Source: Podarcis filfolensis | Lineage: Eukaryota | Assembly: GCA_964270895.1 (NCBI GenBank) | Contig: OZ185438.1 | Length of the DNA stretch: 64,000 nucleotides | Strand: one strand, 5' to 3' | In this document: piece after piece, positions 12,896 to 24,938 of the stretch | Numbering within the stretch: position 1 is the first letter of the stretch | Layout of the letters: each line of letters opens with the position of its first letter | The notes under the pieces: generated by a model | Told to the model about the DNA's origin: nothing | Seen by the model: only the letters and a program-made list of their open reading frames with translations | Database searches by the model: none | Position numbers and translations under genes: made by a program

Positions 12896-13834
12896 CAACT
12901 AAGTATAGTTCTCGTGATCCCTTGGGGGGAATCTGTTAGAAGTGATATAATAATGCTTTAATTGTAGGGTATGGGTATAGCCTTAAAGCCTGAATGAGTC
13001 TTGTACCCTAGGATGTTTTTATGAGGGCCAATAAAGAAACATTTTAAATAAAGTGATAAGCTAAAACCATAAATTAGCCACACATTCTAGGCCATTTCCT
13101 CGTTTTCAGTCTAGCAAAGGAAAGTAAATATAGACCAGAACTGAAAGCTGGGAAAGAAGTAGAATTTCCTACACTCATGTTGACCTGCTTAATACAACAT
13201 TGGTAGTAAAAACTGTTATTACCTCTATATCCTGCAAATCAATCCATGCTGTAAGCATGATTGTAGAGACTATTGAATGACTGTCAAGTCCCTCAGCTAT
13301 GAGAAGGCTGAATAGTAGCTTTTAGCATGTCTGTCATTTCCACAGGGATATACCTGTCAAAAGAATACCATCTGAAGAAAAGCACAGTGTGTCACGGCTT
13401 AAAAGGATGGTGCCATACCGAGAGAAACTGGAAAGTTCACAAGTCATATTAAGAAGCTAAATGGAACTCCCTCTTTAGCTCTGTGACTCACAGGGAGAAG
13501 TCAGACCAGAAAGCACAAGGCTAGCTGCCATTTATAAAACTCCTGGATCTTCCACTGCATTATGAAAGAAGGATAGAACATTCTGAGGCAAGCTCAGATC
13601 TCAGCTGGAAGTTCACCTTGATCTTGAGTTCTCAAACATCTGGAATCCAGTGGTCATTTGCTTTTTGACAGGGCAAGTGGGGTAGTAGCAGGGAAGCCAT
13701 ATTCCATAAAATGAAAAGAGAACAGTCGTGTTACCTTGGAAACTCCGAGAAAGATGAAAATTCCCCCGAGGCTGCTTCTTCCTTCATTGCTTTTGTTTGT
13801 TTGTTTGTTTGGATGTAGTCTTGCATCAGTGTTC

Positions 13835-14015
13835 TTAGAACCAAGGTAATGAGAAATCTGGGTTCAAATTCACACTCAGCTGTGAAGCTCATTGGGTGAC
13901 TGTCACCCTCTCACTTGGGCCTGTCACCATCTCCCAATCTAGTTTACCTCAGATGGTTGCTAAGAGGTTAAAATGGGGAAGAGAAGAGCCATCTATACTA
14001 TTCTGAGTTCTAAGT
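13835..14015 (+). mobile_element. Degraded tRNA-derived SINE (Squam3/MIR-like)
   Basis: B-box-like gggttcaaatt followed by a core resembling ctgggtgac...ctcagcct...acctcacagggttgttgtgagg. Confidence 0.5.
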
Positions 14016-14335
14016 AAGGCAGGGAGGGAGGGAGGTTCCCAGCAAAGTGCTTTTGCTGGTGCAAGGTTTTTCACTTGCAAAATGGAATTTGTCTCTCCCT
14101 CTGATACCTGTGCACCTCTGCGTCTCCCCCAAATCTGCCAAAGAGGCTTGATGGAAGCCCAGGAACACATTGAGAGGGTGGTGCATGTGGATAGAAGAGG
14201 GGTGATAAGATCCATTGAGCAGCCAAAAGCCCTCAAGCTAGTCAACTCACTTTATTGAATACCACCCAATGAAGGGAAATGGAAACACCGAACCAGGTGG
14301 CCATGGGTGCCACCAGCTTTATTTTCTGCAGTTTA

Positions 14336-14575
14336 CAGTCAAACCTCAGTTGTCAAACGTAATCCGTTCTGGAAGAGCATTCAACTTCTGAAACGTTCAA
14401 CAACCAAGGCGTGGCTTCCGATTGGTTGCAAGAGCTTCCTGCACTCAAGCAGAAGCCACATTGGGCATTCGGGTTCCGAAAAATGTTCGGAAACCGGAGC
14501 ATTTATGCCACGTTTTCTGTGTTCGGGATCTGAAATGCATGATAATGGAGGCGTTCGCAAACCATGGTTTGACTG
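14336..14575. mobile_element. Tigger/pogo-type MITE (cagtcaaacc family)
   Basis: TIR cagtcaaacc...ggtttgactg, TA on both sides; accounts for ORF 14307-14699. Confidence 0.85.
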
Positions 14576-16398
14576 TATTTATTTCTTGAAACTATCCCTT
14601 AACCACTCTCCATCAAAAGATTCTAGGTTGCTGAACAAAAGAGGGAACGTCTCTAAGCCCCAATGCCCCTTGGTCCCTATTCCTGACATAGCAGCATGAG
14701 GCTAGGGTCAAGAGGAACAGTGGGGAAATGACTTTCCCTTTTCAATTCAGGACCCTAAAATCAAAAAGGAAACTGTTTTCACACACCCTGCTACTGCACC
14801 CCGCTGCCGCTGCCCCATAAGTTTATTCAAGAAAGTATAAAAGAACCTACAATGTAACAAATGAAAGCTACCTTTTACAACATGATAGAGCCAGAAGTTT
14901 AAAAAAGATAGTAACCTTCAGTCTCAGCCTACTTTAATCAACCAAATCTTTAGCTGACTATTCTACTGATTAAATTTATTAATGACTGCAGCCCTGATCT
15001 ACTGATTAAGTTGATTAATCAGTAGATGGGGAGTGCAAACCTGAATCAATTTAATCAGCAGGTTAAGGCTACAAACTTCAAAGTGGTTTAAGTTTGCAAC
15101 CCTACTTTCTGCACTACACAATTGGCTCAGAAATGCCCTTAACAGAGTGGCCCTAAGGACACAGCCACATGGAGAGTATAGCTTATGAGATGGCATAGCC
15201 ACAATGACAGGTACTGCTTTCTAGGTTTATTTTTAACTGAGGTAGCACAAATTCTCTGACCCAAAAATATGCACAAGGTTCCCCCAAATGGCAAGATGAA
15301 AAATGATACGATGATACATCGAGTCATTAGCCAAGGATGTACAACACTGCATATTTCCAACTTGGATTCATGCTGTCTCACAGAAATGCTAGCAAGCCTT
15401 ACAGTGATGCTGTTTCTATTCTTGGGGAGAAGAAAATAAAGCAACATCCCGTCTCCGATTTGATCAGACTTAGCATTATATTATTTTTATGATGGATAAC
15501 TTTACACATAAATATTAAAATAAACTTGTTTCTTGCTTTATGCAGTGTGTGTGAAAGAACTCTCAGTAAGAGCTTTTTTTGGGGGGGGGAATGTAATGCA
15601 TTTGTCTCCTTAATCATATTTCAGTGATGGATGATCAACTCTGATTTCCTTTAAAATGTTTAAAACTCTGAAGCCTATGAAGAAGAAAAAACACCCAACA
15701 ATAATGGTAGAACAAAATGTGCAGATAAGAAAATGATGGAGCGTTTCCTAGTAATTCAGCTACACGGGGTGCGGGTGTTGATAATATAGAAGTCCTCTCC
15801 TTGTTCAGTCATAGGGAACACAGGAATGATAGGCACTCCAGTGGCTTGGAGCAGAATAACACAACACAATGTTCCCATCTCTTAGTTTTTCTCAGCATGT
15901 GCTCATAATATATCAGGGAAAGACCGTGTGACCTCATCTACCCCTTGCTAGGTTCCATAGCATAAGAGAACATACCAAACAGCTTAGGTGAGTCCTTATG
16001 ATTTTTATGTATGCCGTTGTTGAGCACCAGCCCAATGCATTTAAGAAAAGGGATGAACGGAAGTATCAAGAGATAATGTAGGTAACCTCACTTTGAAACA
16101 CATGGATATGAGTGCAGTGAATGATCCAAGAGCAGCATTGTTCCAGTTTGGCCATGGAGCTGCTGTGATCCCTTGTCTCATTGCTCGGTTTTGATCAGTG
16201 CAACAGCACCCTTTCTAGGGAAAATAACCAAATTATGGCCAGTGTTACAAATTTGCTGGGCACTTAATCTATGCCCTGTGTGCCCTTCAATACTGTTTTG
16301 AAAACACAGGTGGTTCAAAATGCTGCACCAGAATAATTTCTAGTGCTCAGCCCCTCCCTAACCAAATAAGACTGATCCCACACTAAAATCACACTGGT

Positions 16399-16619
16399 TA
16401 GGGATGCTATACAACCAGAATTTCCCGGACGTTGCCGGAATACTGCCTGAGAAAATCCAGATGTATGGCAACTTCTGTTGGCAGTGTTGTTTTTTAAAAA
16501 TAGCTGAAAACCTTCACTTCTTTTTTTTTTTGCTCAACAACTACTTTGGGGGGAAATAAAAAAAAAACCCAACAACCTTTGTATCTGGATTTTCACTTTT
16601 TTGAAATATGGCAACCCTA
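16399..16619. mobile_element. Degraded hAT-like MITE (tagggttgcc family)
   Basis: Ends tagggatgc...ggcaacccta; no TSD recognisable. Confidence 0.5.
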
Positions 16620-17699
16620 TAGGCTACTGATTAATTTCCAAGCTGGGTTCAAGCTGCTGGTTAGTGTTCATACAGATCTAAACGGCTTGGAATCAGGATA
16701 GCTGATGGATTGCCTGTTCCTTGAACCTGCCCATCAACTACAGCCATATTTTTAGTCCTGTTCTGTGTTCTGCCACCAAAGGCTCCCTTCCAGCTCCACA
16801 ATTCTATGATTCTAGATGTTGTATTTATTTCTAAATAAATAAATAAACAAACAAACTATTTCTAGCTGTCAAGAAATTACTGACCATTTTAAGTGACTTG
16901 CATACTATAGGAAAGAATGACATACAAACAAACACCTTGAAGAAGAAACTCGTAAATTGGATACATTTGTTCTCTTCTATCCCAGTGCTGTTTCAAAAAA
17001 CAGACTTTTACCAGATTAAATCAGATAAAAGGATACCAGAGAAGTAATGAACATTCTGCTGGTACGTAAAATGAGGATACTTATGCATTCCTTTAGTGTA
17101 ACAGACCCCCTTACTTTTTATTTCTATTTTTTCTCTGTTCAGGGTGTTCTAATATTGCACTGATTGCTTCTCAGTACAATTATGTTTATAATTAAAAAAC
17201 ATCCCAAGGCAAAATATGAATAGATCCTCAAAAATTCAATTCAGAAACAATCTGGAGTTAGCCTGCTATATTATTGGATGTGCCAAAATTTAATCGAGAC
17301 ACCAGATTAGATCTGGATCATTTCTCTAGACATCCCTCGACAGACAGGGTATTGCTCAAAAACTTCAATTCCCTGGTGTGAAGCAATGAGATGATTACTT
17401 ACACCAGGGTCTGAAATTTCCTGACTCTGCCATGCTCACAGAACTAAAGTAGGCTCACCCTATTGCAGGCTGAGAAGACCACATTGTCCCTGAGACCCAG
17501 AAGGATAAGGTGAGAGCCATGTGTAGAGATGCTGAGGACTCTGGGAACTATATTTCATGGTTAATATACATATCATAGGAGCCCCAAAGGCTTCAGCAAA
17601 GAACAAGGTTTTCACATTATCTCCCATCTATGCACACTACCTCTCGTGTCTAATGCTAGCTGAGATAAAGATGGAGAACAAGGAAGCTACTTTATATTG

Positions 17700-18190
17700 A
17701 GTCAGACTGTAGCCTTATTAGACTTTACCAATTGGTGGGCTCTGCGTTGCTCCCGGACAGGAGGAAGGAAGTCAAATGACACCAAGGGTTGGTTCAGAGA
17801 AAGAGTTCTTTATTTCTGCTCTCCGGAGCAGCAGAAAGGCACTTGTGTAGTCAGTCCACAGCAAGTCCAAAGAAATGAGAAATTTCATGCAGTATATATA
17901 TCCTCCAGGCACCCTCTCCCTCTTTCCCCAGGAATCCAACCACGTCAGCCTATACACGCAGGTTGACATCACATATGTTCCTGCTCCGGTATTCTTAACC
18001 ATAAAAGGGTTTTCCTTCCTGTACTTCTGACCATAAAAGGGTATTCCTTCCTGTACTTCTGACCATAAAAGGGTATTCCTTCCTATACTCTTATCTTTGA
18101 GCAAGAGGTCACCAACTCCAAGAACACACTCTGGCGCTGTTCTCGGACTAGGTCTGTGCGTCAGGATGTAAGATAAGACCTAGACGTGCC
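17700..18190 (-). mobile_element. Probable solo LTR, boundaries approximate
   Basis: On the minus strand the order is tandem U3-like repeats (18092-17999), a TATA-like tract (about 17900), then AATAAA (about 17814-17809); TSD not resolved. Confidence 0.6.
17999..18092. repeat. Tandem repeat, about 3 x 32 bp
   Basis: Unit ccataaaagggtattccttcctgtacttctga starts at 17999, 18031 and 18063. Confidence 0.95.
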
Positions 18191-18444
18191 ATCCTTATTC
18201 CACTGGAACAGCCAAGGCCATCCTTGCTGTCATGAACTGATAAAGGAGAGGGCTCTGAGCACTTGTTTATACAGCCAGTTTTTTGTTTATACATTGACTC
18301 AGAGCTCAAGTTAATGGATTTTAGCTAAGGAAAAATAGGGATTTTGGTGCCTGTTTAAAACTGCCTGCACAGTCAGTTTTGGGTTTTGGGAAACCCATTC
18401 CTTCAAGACCATTGGTCCATCTACTGCAATATTTTCTCTACAAA

Positions 18445-18572
18445 TTGGCAGTAGCTCACCAGAGCTTCAGGCAGCAAATTCTTCTAGCGCTACCTGGAGA
18501 TGCCATAGTTTGAAGCTGGGGCCTTCTGCATGCAGAGCAGTTCTACCTATGAGCTACAGCCCTTCCCCAGCA
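18445..18572 (-). mobile_element. Degraded Squam2-like SINE
   Basis: Reverse-complement similarity to 28871-28960 (ctacctggagatgcc...ccttctgcatgcagagcag...tgagctacagcccttcc). Confidence 0.6.
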
Positions 18573-19393
18573 AAAAGTCTGCCATAGTTTCATTTCCAAG
18601 TTCTAACTCTCACCAATTATGTAAGATCTTTTCTGGTCTGCATCACCATAGTTTTCATGATGATCAAACCGGGAAAACAAAAGTTAGAACTAACAAGGAA
18701 TTGCCTCCAAATACTGATTTGAAACCATTATTATTGTTGCTGAAGCGTGTTTGCAAACCAAGGGTTTGAGGCAATCCTGGCTATTACTGACCATAATTTA
18801 ATTACAAACAAACTCAGACCCAGCTGTCAGGAAACAATTGCCATGCTGGCTTGAAAAAAGTAAAAACTGAATTTTAAGCAACTTTATCACCTGAAAAATC
18901 TAGAGCCTTGCCACTGGTTTGACAGGTGGGCCAAATTCTGAACAGGAAACATCAATAGTTGATACTGCCATGGCATTTTCAATCCATCATGGCGTGTTAA
19001 CAATATTAGCCTTATTGAAATGAATCTGGCTAGTTATGATGTTTTGGCAGAGGAGCAGCTCATATAAGAAAAATTACATTTGGGATAAGGCCACACATAA
19101 AAAACCCCACATAATATATATATAAGCGCACACACATAAAAGTCAAAGATGGAAATAAGACAAATAGGTCTGGGATTTGAAGAAATACAGAAGCTGAGCT
19201 AAAAATGAATTAAAGGAGCTACCACAATAGGTGGAGGGAATAAGTCTGATTCTGTGAATAAATCAATTATGACAGGATTAATGTTGTTCCAACTTCCAGT
19301 AAACAGTTATACATGGCTATCCTCCATATCTATATTTCTTAGGAAGAAAAATAAAAAACTTTTCCCAAACAGCAAGCAATAAATGTAGATGAA

Positions 19394-19394
<1 letters not shown>

Positions 19395-19431
<37 letters not shown>
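19395..19431. repeat. (CA)n microsatellite
   Basis: Direct reading. Confidence 0.95.
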
Positions 19432-19433
<2 letters not shown>

Positions 19434-19630
19434 CTTCTTATTGTTGTTCAAGAGAAGCAAAAGATGACAAAGTCTTAGGCTGCAATCCTAACACTTACTA
19501 AAGAGTATATCCCATTGAACTGAGTAGGGCTGCACTCTCAATAGACATACACAGAATTGTGTTAGTATTTTTTTTAAAAAAGAAATAAATTCCAAGACAT
19601 ACAAGCAACAGCAAGGAGACAAAAGGAGAC

Positions 19631-20068
19631 TGTCAGAGCATCGAACCTCCTTCCCAAAGCTCTGGAAGCTTCTGCCCAGCTTAGGGAGGTAGGTGTGATG
19701 CTCTGGCAGGGTTTGAGAACTCTCTCCTCTCCTTCCCTAAGCCAGGCAAGAGCTTCCTGGCTTAGGGAAGGAGGCGGGAGGGTTGATTACCAGCACTTTT
19801 TTCCTAGGAAAAGAAATTGGGCCTTCCAATTTCATTGGGCCTTCCTATTCACTTACACTTGGGAACGGGATGCAGGCTGGACAGTCATGCCTTCAGTTCC
19901 TGCAGGCGGAGATTTGATCACTCTAGTAGCTGCCGTTAATTCAAGCTGAGGGTTGCTCCCATGCGTGTAGAGTGCTTCCTCCCTGCATGGGTTTTAAATG
20001 AGTTTTATTCTTAAATAAAGTGGTTTTTGCTCAAACCCAGCCTTTGTGCCTTTGTCTTTATTCTGCCA
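19631..20068 (+). mobile_element. LTR-like repeat, boundaries uncertain
   Basis: Candidate ends tgtcagag...ttctgcca, AATAAA near 20014, shares gggaaggaggcgggagg with about 34574; no matching TSD. Confidence 0.45.
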
Positions 20069-20916
20069 TCAGTTTGCAAGAACTAGAATTTTTCGGGGGG
20101 GGGGGTCAAGGACAAGACATTTGTTCTACCCAGCTCATCAGATGGTGCTGGAAACCAGCCTCAAATCTTGTAGAACTCCAGGAGTTGTGAAGCCCACATG
20201 GATGCAAATATGGAAATAATACTGTCAGAGCGACAAACTATTTCAGCTGGAAGAAACAGGGGGTGCGGAACATTTTGCTGCTGTTTCTCCAAGTTAAATT
20301 CCCCTCTCTATACTTAAAATATATTACCAATTTTCCAAGGCACTTGGTAAATGGTATACACTTAGATATAATTTACAGTCTGCACGAAATGCCACTCTCA
20401 GCTTGATCTAATTTACAAATAGCACATGCCTATGGTGCCTGTCTTCTTACTTGTCTGCCACCCACAAAATGCTTCCGCTATCAGTGGAATGGGTTTGGTG
20501 CCCTACAAGTTATATTTCTCATAGATTATTAAGAGGGAGAAAAACATTAACATATGCTAAAAATGAACCATGAGTATGAAATGCTTCTGACAGCATTGGG
20601 AATGGAGCTGGAAAAAAGAGATACTCGGAGAATTGGTCTCTGCCTATGAAACTAGGCAAATTTCAAGGGTTTAATGCAAATACAGAAACATCATGGTGGT
20701 AAGACGAGCCCTTTTAGATAGGACCAAACCCCCATCTGGTCCAGGATCCATTTCTCACAGTGGCTGTCCATATACCTACAGGCTTGGAAGTAGAACCTGA
20801 CTACATTGGCACTCAGGCCACATGTGATATCGAGCAACAGGTATAGAAATATATACTGAACCTGATACTGGTATTAGTACATAAAGTCATCGTGGCTAGC
20901 ACCCACTGATATCCTT

Positions 20917-21625
20917 TGTTGATGTATTGCCACAATAAACTTGAAATGAGCCTTGAAGCACAGCCTTGAAGCATGCCTGAAACACCTGCTTAGCAATGGG
21001 TATTCTCCCCAGCAACAGGTGTCCTTATCAGCACATGTCTGGAGAGATGCAGTTGAGTGTGAGGCAGTCAGTGTTGTTCAGTGCGGCTGCCAGAATATGT
21101 GAAAGTCTGTGAGTCTGTCTCTCTGGCTGAAGAGAACAGAGATCTGTATATCATTCTGTTTCTCACTTCACATGAAGACCAGTAGTGTTATGCTACTTGT
21201 AATGTAAATAATAAAGACCTTAGAGAAGAACTTTAGAGCAGAAATAGGATCAAGGAGCAAACAAACAGAGGTGGAGGGAGGAATCCATTCCAAGATGGCA
21301 TTCTTGCCTCTTCTGTTTTGTTGTACCTAGAGCAGCTGGCAAGACATCTTACCAGTGGCTCACAGGGAGTTGAAACTGGAGATAAGGGGGTTGTCTTGCC
21401 CCAGGTATAGTCTCAAAAAAAGAAGAAGTTCACTTCCTTCCAGTGGTGAGATGGGCGGTGACAACCCGCACAAGATCACATTACAGCAGAGGAACTGGGT
21501 GGGTGAGGTGATTATTTCTGTCATGGGAATTTGCCAGGAGAGAGCTGTGAAGACACAGGAAGACCTGTGTAACTCTACTGAGACAGAGAAAAGGAACCCC
21601 AAGAGCTGGCACTCAAGCACTAACA
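20917..21625 (+). mobile_element. Solo LTR, about 709 bp, nested in CR1
   Basis: Ends tgttgatg...cactaaca, AATAAA near 21210, degenerate 5-bp TSD (tcctt / gtctt), host CR1 collinear on both sides. Confidence 0.7.
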
Positions 21626-21745
21626 GTCTTATCCTCCATGAACTGGTCTAATCACCTCTTAAAACCTATCCTGCATGGCCAACTATCACTAGATCTTTTG
21701 GTAGAGAGTTCCATAGTTTAACTATGAACTGTACTAAGTACTAAG

Positions 21746-21780
21746 TTGTTGTTTAGTCGTTTAGTTGTGTCTGACTCTTC
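21746..21780 (-). mobile_element. Extremely 5'-truncated BovB (35 bp)
   Basis: ttgttgtttagtcgtttagttgtgtctgactcttc is the BovB terminus; 8-bp TSD gtactaag. Confidence 0.85.
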
Positions 21781-21936
21781 GTACTAAGTAGTACTTCCTT
21801 TTGTCTGTCCTGAATCTTCCAGTATTCAGAGCATTGGATGGCCTCAAGTTCTAGTGTTATAGAAGCTATCTAGCCTTCTTCATGCATAGAAGGAAAGTGA
21901 GTAGCAAGGAACATGGCCCTTCCACCATGTTTCCAA

Positions 21937-22556
21937 GCACAATTCAAAGTGTTGGTGTTGACTTTTAAAGCCCTAAACGGCCTCGGCCCAGTATACCTGA
22001 AGGAGCGTCTCCACCCCCTTCGTTCTGCCTGGACTCTGAGGTCCAGCGCCAAGGGCCTTCTGCCGGTTCCCTCACTGTGAGAAGCGAAGTTACAGGGAAC
22101 CAGGCAGAGGGCCTTCTCGGTAGTGGCGCCCGCCCTGTGGAACGCCCTCCCACCAGATGTCAAAGAGATAAACAACTACCTGACATTCAGAAGACATCTC
22201 TCTTTTTTTTTCCAAATAATCTTTATTAAAGTTTCAAAGATATTACAAAATAGAAAAAAGGAAAAGAAAAAACAAAAAAACATACAAAATATAGAACAAT
22301 AAAAAAAAATTAAAAAACAAATCAGTCTTTCCGTTTCTTATCTTTCATTTGCTTATTTCCTTGACCTCCTCATACCTCCCTTTTTTGTATTCTAGTTCAA
22401 TAGTTGTTTCAGCAAATCCTTACCAGAAGACATCTCACGGCAGCCCTGTTCAGGGAAGTTTTTAATGTATGACATATTAGTGTATTTTTAGTCTTTGTGG
22501 AAGCCGCCCAGAGTGGCTGGGGAAACCCAGCCAGATGGGCGGGATACAAATAATAA

Positions 22557-22600
<44 letters not shown>
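21937..22600 (+). mobile_element. L2 LINE 3' end interrupted by an L1-like insertion
   Basis: Translates LTFKALNGLGPVYL...RAFSVVAPALWNALP (L2 ORF2 C-terminus); 3' UTR gaagccgcccagagtggctgggg and (TAT)n tail. Confidence 0.9.
22201..22423 (-). mobile_element. 5'-truncated poly(A) retroelement, probably an L1 3' UTR
   Basis: Poly-T and tttatt (AATAAA on the minus strand) at the left end; 13-bp TSD cagaagacatctc at 22188-22200 and 22424-22436. Confidence 0.8.
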
Positions 22601-22602
<2 letters not shown>

Positions 22603-22770
22603 CACACGGCGTGTTGCTGCACCCTCAACAGCTCTGCTGGCCTCACATGAGGGTGAATGACAGAGGTGAGAAAGCCTTCATACATTTATCTCTTCAAGTG
22701 GAAGCTGATTGTTCAGCGAATCAAGAGAAGCCTCCATGTGTAGAGGTAAATACGCTACCCCACATCACAT

Positions 22771-22878
22771 TTGTTGTTGTTGTTTAGTCGTTTAGTCGTG
22801 TCTGACTCTTCGTGACCCCATGGACCAGAGCACGCCAGGCACTCCTGTCTTCCACTGCCTCCCGCAGTCTGGTCAAAC
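22771..22878 (-). mobile_element. RTE-BovB 3' end, truncated
   Basis: Near-identical to about 29262-29366; (ttg)n tail. Confidence 0.92.
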
Positions 22879-23527
22879 ATGGTCATTCTGTTTTTGACCA
22901 TTCACATGGTCATTCTGTTTTTCCATTATTATATTTTAAATAGACTAATAATAATAATGTCTAAAATAGGTTCATTCCTTTTAGTGAATCTCCTCTGAGT
23001 AGGACTAAGTTGAATGTCACCCATTATTATGATGATTATGCAGCTGTGAGAGCTGTTGATCTTTTTCAAAGATCTATCCTGAAAGTTTCATATAGGTGAG
23101 TCTAAAAATTTATAACAGAAATAAAGATAAGAGTTATTTTAAGAGAAGAGAGAGTGACCTTTCTCTTCCTCTTTCATTAATTGGTAATTTGTCCCTAATT
23201 GCTCATTTGGCTTATTTCCTGTGGTGTTGTTTCTTTTGATTATGTTGTCTGTGAGTTTCTTAGATGTCAAATTTATTTAATCAAACTAGGCAATATACTT
23301 GCATCAGATAATCAAACGGTTGTTCTATGAAGCTAGCTCTCCTTCTGTGAAGGCAGCTGATTGTTATGGATCTAAAAGCAGTTCTAGTTTTCCTTTGGAG
23401 AAGAAACATCTGTCAGTTATGCTTATATTTTGTTGCTGAGAATCAGAATTGGTGGGCACTAGGAAACAAATTTGCAGGTATTAACAACAGGTGTGTTTAA
23501 ATGGAAATCATACAGATTTTATGATAC

Positions 23528-23618
23528 CTGACCATTCAAATAAGCCAGTGGTTGGTGCCAAACGAAACATAAAAAGGCAAAAGTTCAGCCCAAATCTGTT
23601 GGTGGGGGGTGTCCAGTA
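23528..23618 (-). CDS. Candidate 91-nt exon YWTPPTNRFGLNFCLFMFRLAPTTGLFEWS, gene unidentified
   Basis: Acceptor tttccatcttgctttttcag, donor cag|gtatca; its phase-0 start matches the phase-0 end of 26196-26342. Confidence 0.4.
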
Positions 23619-23847
23619 CTGAAAAAGCAAGATGGAAACAATTTATTAATATTGCACATGTGGAAACAATAGGGTGAATAAAAACTGATTCTTCTTGAAA
23701 TAAAAATTGTCCAGTCCAAAAATCTGGTTCAAAAGTTTTACTAACAGAACTTGTTCCAAAACAGACACTCCAAACAATTACATTAAATCCAAAGAGTTGC
23801 AAAAAATCATGGGCTTCTCCAAGCACAGGTACAGCATCATAGAAATA

Positions 23848-24079
23848 CAGTGGTACCTCGGGTTACATACGTTATATATGCTTCAGGTTACAGACTCCGC
23901 TAACCCAGAAATATTACCTCAAAATAAGAACTTTGCTTCAGGATGAGAACAGAAATCGTGCAGCAGCGCAGTGGCAGCAGGAGGCCCCATTAGCTAAAGT
24001 GGTGCTTCAGGTTAAGAACAGTTTCAGGTTAAGAACAGACCTCGAGAACGAATTAAGTTCTTAACCCAAGGTACCACTG
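23848..24079. mobile_element. Tigger/pogo-type MITE (cagtggtacc family)
   Basis: TIRs with TA on both sides; homologous to 854-1095. Confidence 0.9.
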
Positions 24080-24164
24080 TATGAAATTACTTTATCTAGA
24101 ACTGAAAACAACTGTCTCTCTCCACACAGCCTGCACTCCAAGCTGAGGCTGTATTATGCTAGAG

Positions 24165-24300
24165 CGGGCATCCCCAACCTTCGGCCCTCCAGATGTTTTG
24201 GACTACAATTCCCATCATCCAGGACCACTGGTCCTGTTAGCTAGGGATCATGGGAGCTGTAGGCCAAAACATCTGGAGAGCCACAGGTTGGGGGTGCCTG
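24165..24300. mobile_element. hAT MITE, 136 bp
   Basis: Homologous to 10450-10585; perfect 8-bp TSD tgctagag. Confidence 0.92.
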
Positions 24301-24518
24301 TGCTAGAGAGAGGCACTGGCATAATCCTTTCTCTTCAGCTGCTTGAGAGAGACAACAAAGGCCACCTCACACAAAATGGAGATTTGCAATTGAATATCTT
24401 TCTCATTTGATCTAAGTTAAACACCATGTGACAGAGCAGTAGAGATATGTCATCAGTCAATCATTAAGCTGTTAGGCACCCAGAGAGCTCCAGTATAGCT
24501 CAATGGAATTGTCCAATA

Positions 24519-24859
24519 CCGTATTGGCACTAATATAAGCCGTACCCACAAATAAGCCACACATTTAAAATTCGGGGGGGGGGGGGGGCAGAAAAAAGAC
24601 AATATCCGGGCTGCTTCCTGGGTGGGGAGCCATGCCCCTTTGCAGGTGGCCTTCCCCCCTTCCCCCTACTTTCCAGTGGCTTAGAGGAGGCTTGGGAGCG
24701 GCAGGCAGGCTGTGCGCTGTTGCCCCGCACTGCTTGGGGGGGGGGAGCCACACCGCGCTGCTTTCCCAGCAGCATAAGGTCATGAATATAAGCAACACTT
24801 TAACTTTCCAAAGTTGGAATTTGGGGGGGAAAGTGTGGCTTATATTTGGGCCAATACGG
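24519..24859. mobile_element. Tc1/mariner-superfamily MITE (ccgtattggc family)
   Basis: TIR ccgtattggc...atataagcc / ggcttatat...gccaatacgg with TA on both sides. Confidence 0.85.
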
Positions 24860-24938
24860 TATCAAACCTTTAGCAATACACATACCGAGTTATTTTCCAT
24901 TTCAATGTACAATTGAACAATTATACTTTACAATGAAA

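Larger units (their letters stand above)
20690..21865 (-). mobile_element. CR1 LINE 3' fragment split by a solo LTR and a micro-BovB insertion
   Basis: CR1-like text ...actgatatcctt resumes as gtcttatcctccatgaac...ttccatagtttaactatg...tgtcctgaatcttcc after 21625. Confidence 0.7.

Noticed and set aside
13729-13800. Minus-strand exon ending aag|gtaaca (SLGGIFIFLGVSK)
   Set aside because: No acceptor before a (caaa)n microsatellite.
17999-18092. CRISPR-like array
   Set aside because: Head-to-tail tandem units with no spacers, in vertebrate DNA inside an LTR-like element; no cas genes.
19629-20231. 11-bp direct repeat actgtcagagc flanking about 580 bp as a TSD
   Set aside because: No poly(A) or simple-repeat tail at either end, and the left copy overlaps the probable LTR start; it may be chance.
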